DNA from: Candidatus Rifleibacteriota bacterium | Lineage (GTDB): Bacteria; Muiribacteriota; Ozemobacteria; Ozemobacterales; Ozemobacteraceae | DNA length: 11,370 nt | Direction of reading: 5' to 3' | Assembly (NCBI GenBank): GCA_051747585.1 | Contig: JBNJGH010000105.1 | Location: forward strand, 1 to 11,370 | Part shown: positions 7,552 to 11,370 of the stretch, piece by piece | Layout: each line of letters starts with the position of its first letter | Position numbering within the stretch: the stretch's first letter is position 1 | The notes under the pieces: generated by a model | Told to the model about the DNA's origin: nothing | Databases searched by the model: none | Seen by the model: the letters and a program-made list of their open reading frames with translations, nothing else | Position numbers and translations under genes: made by a program

Positions 7552-8312
7552 TAACGAACCAGATCAACTTTGATTAAATAACAGCGGTCTAACTGGCCGC
7601 TGTTTTTATTTAGTTGAAATTCGGTTGTCTTCGGCGAAACTTTGGTTCGAGGGCTATTTTGTGTGCTTGCTCGTCTGCTTGTGCCGATTTCTACCCATGT
7701 GCCTAAAGGAATATTCATACTTGTTAAAAGAGTCTCTGACTCAAGTTCTTTGCCACTTGAATACCATACTTCAATCTGGGCGTTTTCTTTGTCGGTTAAA
7801 TGACCTGAAATCAAAAGGCCATGGGAGGTAGTTACAGTGTGGGCTTGTGAACCGGTCCAGTCGTAGGTATGAAAAATTCTGACCAGATCTTCGGTAAGGC
7901 GGGCTTTTTTATATTCGAGTGCAACCACTGATCGAACTGAATTTTGTTTGCTGCTGCTATTTGTCTGGTTAAAGCCGGGGTTTCTGCCAAATGTCAGCGA
8001 ACGTTCGTTGCGGTCATTTCTGGCGGCTCTTTTAACACTGTATTTTAAAACAGAGGGGCGCCGATCCAGTACCTTTGCCAGTTTATCTATTTCTTCTAAA
8101 ATTGCCGGTTCATTTGAATTAATTACAATTGCATTGATTGAGGGAGCACTGGCAGCATCGATTTTGTTGCCGTAAAGCTTTTTAAGAACTTTTATAACAG
8201 CTTCTGGCCTGCTGTATGAAAGTTTGATAATTTGAAGTTCAGCAAAAGCATTTGCGCAAACAGCCAAAAATAATATGGTGATAAGAAACTGAATGCTTTG
8301 AAATTTTTTCAT
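7548..8312 (-). CDS. Short secretin N-domain (NolW/N3-like) protein, exported
   Basis: Signal peptide ending ANAFA. IIKLSYSRPEAVIKVLKKLY...INAIVI...EEIDKLAKVLDR matches the secretin N/NolW repeat pattern. The beta-rich C-half includes LTSMNIPLGTWVEIG. Only 254 aa; its stop overlaps the stop of the convergent gene. Confidence 0.75.
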   Translation of the reverse strand: MKKFQSIQFLITILFLAVCANAFAELQIIKLSYSRPEAVIKVLKKLYGNKIDAASAPSINAIVINSNEPAILEEIDKLAKVLDRRPSVLKYSVKRAARNDRNERSLTFGRNPGFNQTNSSSKQNSVRSVVALEYKKARLTEDLVRIFHTYDWTGSQAHTVTTSHGLLISGHLTDKENAQIEVWYSSGKELESETLLTSMNIPLGTWVEIGTSRRASTQNSPRTKVSPKTTEFQLNKNSGQLDRCYLIKVDLVRY

Positions 8313-8324
8313 TGTAATTACACT

Positions 8325-9893
8325 TTATTTTGATATTGAGCGGCAATCACCGTCTCGCCTGAAGTCTGCAGCACTGTTATAAATGTCATTGATTTTAGAC
8401 AGTAGAGTTACCAGGCCGAAATAATCGCTGCCACTTTCTCTAATTTTACTGTTTTTCCAGGAATTCAGGCAATTTCTGGTGAAACTGATGTTTTTTGACC
8501 ATTCAAGCTGAAGACATTGGCGGTAATCTAAAAAGAATCTTGGTAGTTTTAAAACCCGGTTTAAACTTTCAGGGCGCTTTATAATGCGGGCAGCTGTAAG
8601 ACCAATATTAAATATTATTCGGTTTGAACCGGCTCCGCCCATGATTGAATGCAGTTTACCATCCTTTTTGATCATAAGTGGCGCTTTGGCAGAGATTGGG
8701 CCAAATTTTTGCGGATAGTTATGGGGGTATTTTGCAACAAGTTTGGTGTAGTTTCTAGTTTCGTTGTTGTAGAAAAAGCCTGAGGGGGAAAGCTCTCCTG
8801 TGCCACAATGACTTCCCAGGGTAAGAGTCATGGAGACTGCAAGTCCATTGTTGTCCCAGACGCAAAGATGAGTTGTCTGGGTGTTGGCATCAGCAGGGGA
8901 AGAAGGCTCAATCTTATGCTTTACTTGATCGAAATTTTTGCAGAATTCATAGGGTTGTTGGACAAAGCTTGCAAGTTGGCGGTATTTAAATTCAATAAGC
9001 TTTCTGCCCTTGATTGCAATTTTTAACAGGTCTGCCGGCGTGCGGGGAAACAACTCCAGCTTTGAATCGAGAAGATCAACGGCAAGCTTCATGGCGACAA
9101 TCGAACATGACGGCGGTGGCGTACCGTAAAGACTGAAGTTTTGCCAGTTCAGTTTTACAGGTTTGCTAATACGACAATTGTATTTACTCAAGTCGTTAAG
9201 GCTGATTGAAGAACCAAGGTTTTGCATATCTTCAACCATTTTTTCGGCCATTTTGCCATGATAAAATGAGTAGCCATAATCCTGAGCCAGCTTTTGCAAA
9301 GTTCTGCCAAGAACCGGTTGCTTAAAAATGGTACCAGCAGGTAAGGCATATCCGTCAGGAGCAAGAAAATCCATGGCCGCCTTATTTTTGATTCGCAGCA
9401 GCTTCTTTTTAATAACATTATTCAGGTATCCAGTAACTTTAAAGCCTTCATTGCATTGTTTGATTGCCGGGGTTAAAACTTTTGTGGCATTTAACGAGCC
9501 AAAAGTTTTTAACAACCGAAAAAGCAGTTTCACCTGCGTCGGTAAGCCGATGTTCGATTTATTTTGGCCAAAATTCTCAGGTTTTTTACTTGAGGCATCA
9601 AAGGATATTATTGTACCGTTTTCGAGATGAACCAGAGCAAAACCGTCACCACCGAGACCGGAATTGGTAAAATCTACAACCCCAAGCATAAAGGCAGCAG
9701 CAACAGCTGCATCGATTGCATTGCCGCCTTGTTTGAGAATTTTAACAGCCGCTTTAGTTGCCAGTGGGTGTCCGGTTGAAACTGCGGCCAGATCACCTCG
9801 GTCGACAAAAACTCGTTCGGCTTTGAGTTTGGGAGAAAATATAATAAAGAGAATAAAAAACGGTAATAGAAAGTTATTGTATAATTTTTTCAT
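8325..9893 (-). CDS. ggt: Gamma-glutamyltransferase family protein (Ntn hydrolase), exported, divergent
   Basis: Motifs AVSTGHPLATKAAVKILKQGGNAIDAAVAAAFMLGVV, SGLGGDGF, FKQPVLGRTL, TPPPS and TTHLCVWDNNGLAVSMTLTL (autocleavage Thr at 8874-8876), plus the C-terminal AADFRRDG and an N-terminal signal peptide. Confidence 0.9.
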   Translation of the reverse strand: MKKLYNNFLLPFFILFIIFSPKLKAERVFVDRGDLAAVSTGHPLATKAAVKILKQGGNAIDAAVAAAFMLGVVDFTNSGLGGDGFALVHLENGTIISFDASSKKPENFGQNKSNIGLPTQVKLLFRLLKTFGSLNATKVLTPAIKQCNEGFKVTGYLNNVIKKKLLRIKNKAAMDFLAPDGYALPAGTIFKQPVLGRTLQKLAQDYGYSFYHGKMAEKMVEDMQNLGSSISLNDLSKYNCRISKPVKLNWQNFSLYGTPPPSCSIVAMKLAVDLLDSKLELFPRTPADLLKIAIKGRKLIEFKYRQLASFVQQPYEFCKNFDQVKHKIEPSSPADANTQTTHLCVWDNNGLAVSMTLTLGSHCGTGELSPSGFFYNNETRNYTKLVAKYPHNYPQKFGPISAKAPLMIKKDGKLHSIMGGAGSNRIIFNIGLTAARIIKRPESLNRVLKLPRFFLDYRQCLQLEWSKNISFTRNCLNSWKNSKIRESGSDYFGLVTLLSKINDIYNSAADFRRDGDCRSISK

Positions 9894-9933
9894 TAAGGTA
9901 TCCCTGTTTGCGTTATTGCATAGTTTGAATTAC

Positions 9934-9942
9934 ATTTTAACA
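9934..9942 (-). promoter_or_regulatory. Putative extended -10 promoter for the ggt-secretin unit
   Basis: The minus strand reads TGTTAAAAT (TGnTAAAAT), ~40 nt upstream of the ggt ATG. Confidence 0.45.
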
Positions 9943-9977
9943 GATGTAAAATATCGATGCTAACTCCATCTTGGGTA

Positions 9978-9986
9978 TGCTAAAAT
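9978..9986 (+). promoter_or_regulatory. Putative extended -10 promoter giving a leaderless HD-gene mRNA
   Basis: TGCTAAAAT ends 6 nt before ATG 9993, and there is no SD-like sequence upstream of the ATG. Confidence 0.55.
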
Positions 9987-9992
9987 AATACT

Positions 9993-10778
9993 ATGAATAA
10001 AGACTTATATATACAGCAGCTGAAAAACTGGTTTAATGATTATGTAAAAACCTTTTATTCAGACGACGAACAAACTAATCACAATATTGAATTAAAGCTC
10101 AAACATACTTACAGAGTCTGTCTGGAAATGGACAGACTTGTCGAACACCTGAATCTTGAGCCAAAATTACAGAAACTGGCGGCCATTTCGGCTCTATTTC
10201 ATGATCTTGGCAGATTCGAGCAGTATTCTCGTTATAAAACCTTTGTTGATAAGGTTTCAGAAAATCATGCCCGGCTTGCTATAAAGGTAATACAAAAGCT
10301 GAATTTGTTAAAAGATCTACCCGATGATGAAGCTGAGATGGTTATAGATGCCATCGAAAATCATAACAAGGCAGAAATCAGCAATGGCTTAAGCAAAGAA
10401 AGTCTTTTGCTGGCAAAGTTGCTGCGCGATGCTGATAAACTGGATATCTGGCGAGTAGTTACCGAATATTATCGACAGTCGCATATAAAGCGAAATCCCA
10501 GTCTCGAGCTTGATCTTCCCGACAATGATGAAGTTTCTGAGGCTGTTTTAAACGATATTATGGCTGGTAAAAATGTAAGAAATACCGAGCTCAGAAGCCT
10601 CAACGATTTTAAACTTCTTCAGATGGCATGGGTTTTTGATTTGAATTTTAATTATTCAATCGAGCAAATAAGAAATAGAGGCTATCTTAATATTATAAAA
10701 GACGCAATTCGCAGTAAAATTCATGCAGATATGGTTATGACCAGAATCGATAAATATATAAGCAACCGCTTACGTTAA
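9993..10778 (+). CDS. HD-domain metal-dependent phosphohydrolase
   Basis: H...HD...H...H...D pattern: KLKHTYRV, ALFHDLGRFEQY, NHARL, IENHN and LLRDADKLDI. Confidence 0.92.
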   Translation: MNKDLYIQQLKNWFNDYVKTFYSDDEQTNHNIELKLKHTYRVCLEMDRLVEHLNLEPKLQKLAAISALFHDLGRFEQYSRYKTFVDKVSENHARLAIKVIQKLNLLKDLPDDEAEMVIDAIENHNKAEISNGLSKESLLLAKLLRDADKLDIWRVVTEYYRQSHIKRNPSLELDLPDNDEVSEAVLNDIMAGKNVRNTELRSLNDFKLLQMAWVFDLNFNYSIEQIRNRGYLNIIKDAIRSKIHADMVMTRIDKYISNRLR

Positions 10779-10821
10779 AAGCCGCATTTAATGACGCTTT
10801 GAGCATAGTTAAAAAATCTGT

Positions 10822-10850
10822 TTGACTTTGGGTGCTGATTCTTTTATTAT
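10822..10850 (+). promoter_or_regulatory. Putative sigma70 promoter
   Basis: TTGACT (10822-10827), 17 nt, then TATTAT (10845-10850). Confidence 0.6.
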
Positions 10851-10948
10851 CGCTTTGTGAAAAGTTCAATGCAAAAATTGAGTTTACCGCAATGAATTGT
10901 CGGAATCTTTTCAAGAGAAAGAAACCCGGCAGTATTTCGAACTCTCTG

Positions 10949-10992
10949 CTCCCCCTTAAGGTTATCAACACTTTAAGGGGGAGTTTCTTTTT
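10949..10992 (+). terminator. Intrinsic (rho-independent) terminator
   Basis: CTCCCCCTTAA / TTAAGGGGGAG is a perfect 11-bp stem, extendable to 14 bp with one G-U, followed by TTTCTTTTT. Confidence 0.8.
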
Positions 10993-11063
10993 GCATGCTT
11001 TTGCCGGCTTTCTGGTTAAGGTTTCTCTCTTTTTGTTTTGTTAATTTCGAAAGGATAGCTAAA

Positions 11064-11291
11064 ATGGCAGACACATTGGTTAATGTTCCGTTTCGCACAA
11101 TGGTTGAAAGATGTCTTAAAGCTGTTAATGATGGTGCCGGCCAGAACTTGAACATGGTTAATTTTTTCAAGGAAAAAGATGAAGGAAAATCGAAGGAAGA
11201 AAGGGCTTCAAATGAATCATCAGAAAAGGAGAATGAAAAAATTACAACTGTGGTTAATTCCGAAGTAATAAAAAGATTTCTCAAGCCATAA
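11064..11291 (+). CDS. Small hypothetical protein (75 aa) with a charged central segment
   Basis: ATG at 11064 with AAGGA at 11051-11055. Translation: MADTLVNVPFRTMVERCLKAVNDGAGQNLNMVNFFKEKDEGKSKEERASNESSEKENEKITTVVNSEVIKRFLKP. The composition is purine-rich and coding-like. Confidence 0.6.
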   Translation: MADTLVNVPFRTMVERCLKAVNDGAGQNLNMVNFFKEKDEGKSKEERASNESSEKENEKITTVVNSEVIKRFLKP

Positions 11292-11370
11292 ATTTGAGCC
11301 GAAAAATTTTAACGCTTTGAGTTTTGCCTTTAACGGTTTCTATATCGAGTTTTTTAAGGTTTAAATTCAG
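11281..11370 (-). CDS. 3' end of a probable adenylate/guanylate (class III) cyclase-domain protein, truncated by window edge
   Basis: An open minus frame runs from the edge: LNLNLKKLDIETVKGKTQSVKIFRLKFMA*. VKGK-x-x-x-V-x-I-F/Y is the typical C-terminal motif of class III cyclase domains. Only 29 aa are visible. Confidence 0.6.
   Translation of the reverse strand: MNLNLKKLDIETVKGKTQSVKIFRLKFMA

Noticed and set aside
6033..9963. Short alternative-frame or antisense ORFs within the 6064 gene, the secretin-like gene and ggt
   Set aside because: They overlap better-supported CDSs almost entirely and have no motifs or ribosome-binding sites.
10913..11033. 6S RNA, tRNA or known riboswitch identity for the rod-like structure
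   Set aside because: The inner stem is too short for 6S, there is no cloverleaf, and I could not recognise conserved riboswitch core motifs by eye.
10735..11284. ORFs 10735-10971(-), 10832-11044(+) and 10973-11284(-), and the 10995 upstream start of the small ORF
   Set aside because: They run through the promoter and terminator structures or are antisense to the better-supported ATG-11064 ORF, and they have weak starts without an SD.

Overview
This is a bacterial chromosomal window, moderately AT-rich and mostly housekeeping or metabolic genes. From left to right it holds: (1) a minus-strand Na+-translocating oxaloacetate decarboxylase-type operon oadG-oadA-oadB, with oadB running off the left edge and missing from the ORF track; (2) a ~500-bp intergenic stretch with the oad promoter, two CGTC-type REP palindromes and another imperfect inverted repeat; (3) a vitamin B6 module, pdxS-pdxT divergent from a MocR-family pdxR, with a clear three-box PdxR operator; (4) an uncharacterised exported protein with MlaC-like and PsbP-like regions and a 147-residue tail lacking basic residues; (5) a convergent two-gene unit encoding a divergent secreted gamma-glutamyltransferase and a short secretin-like (NolW/N3) protein; (6) a probably leaderless HD-domain hydrolase; (7) a promoter, structured RNA and terminator ahead of a small 75-aa ORF; (8) the 3' end of a probable class III nucleotide cyclase at the right edge. 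I found no CRISPR array, tRNA, rRNA or intact transposase. The best candidates for new biology are the mini-secretin/GGT/MlaC-like envelope cluster and the putative sRNA or attenuator at ~10820-11030. All calls rest on motif recognition by eye; no searches were run.
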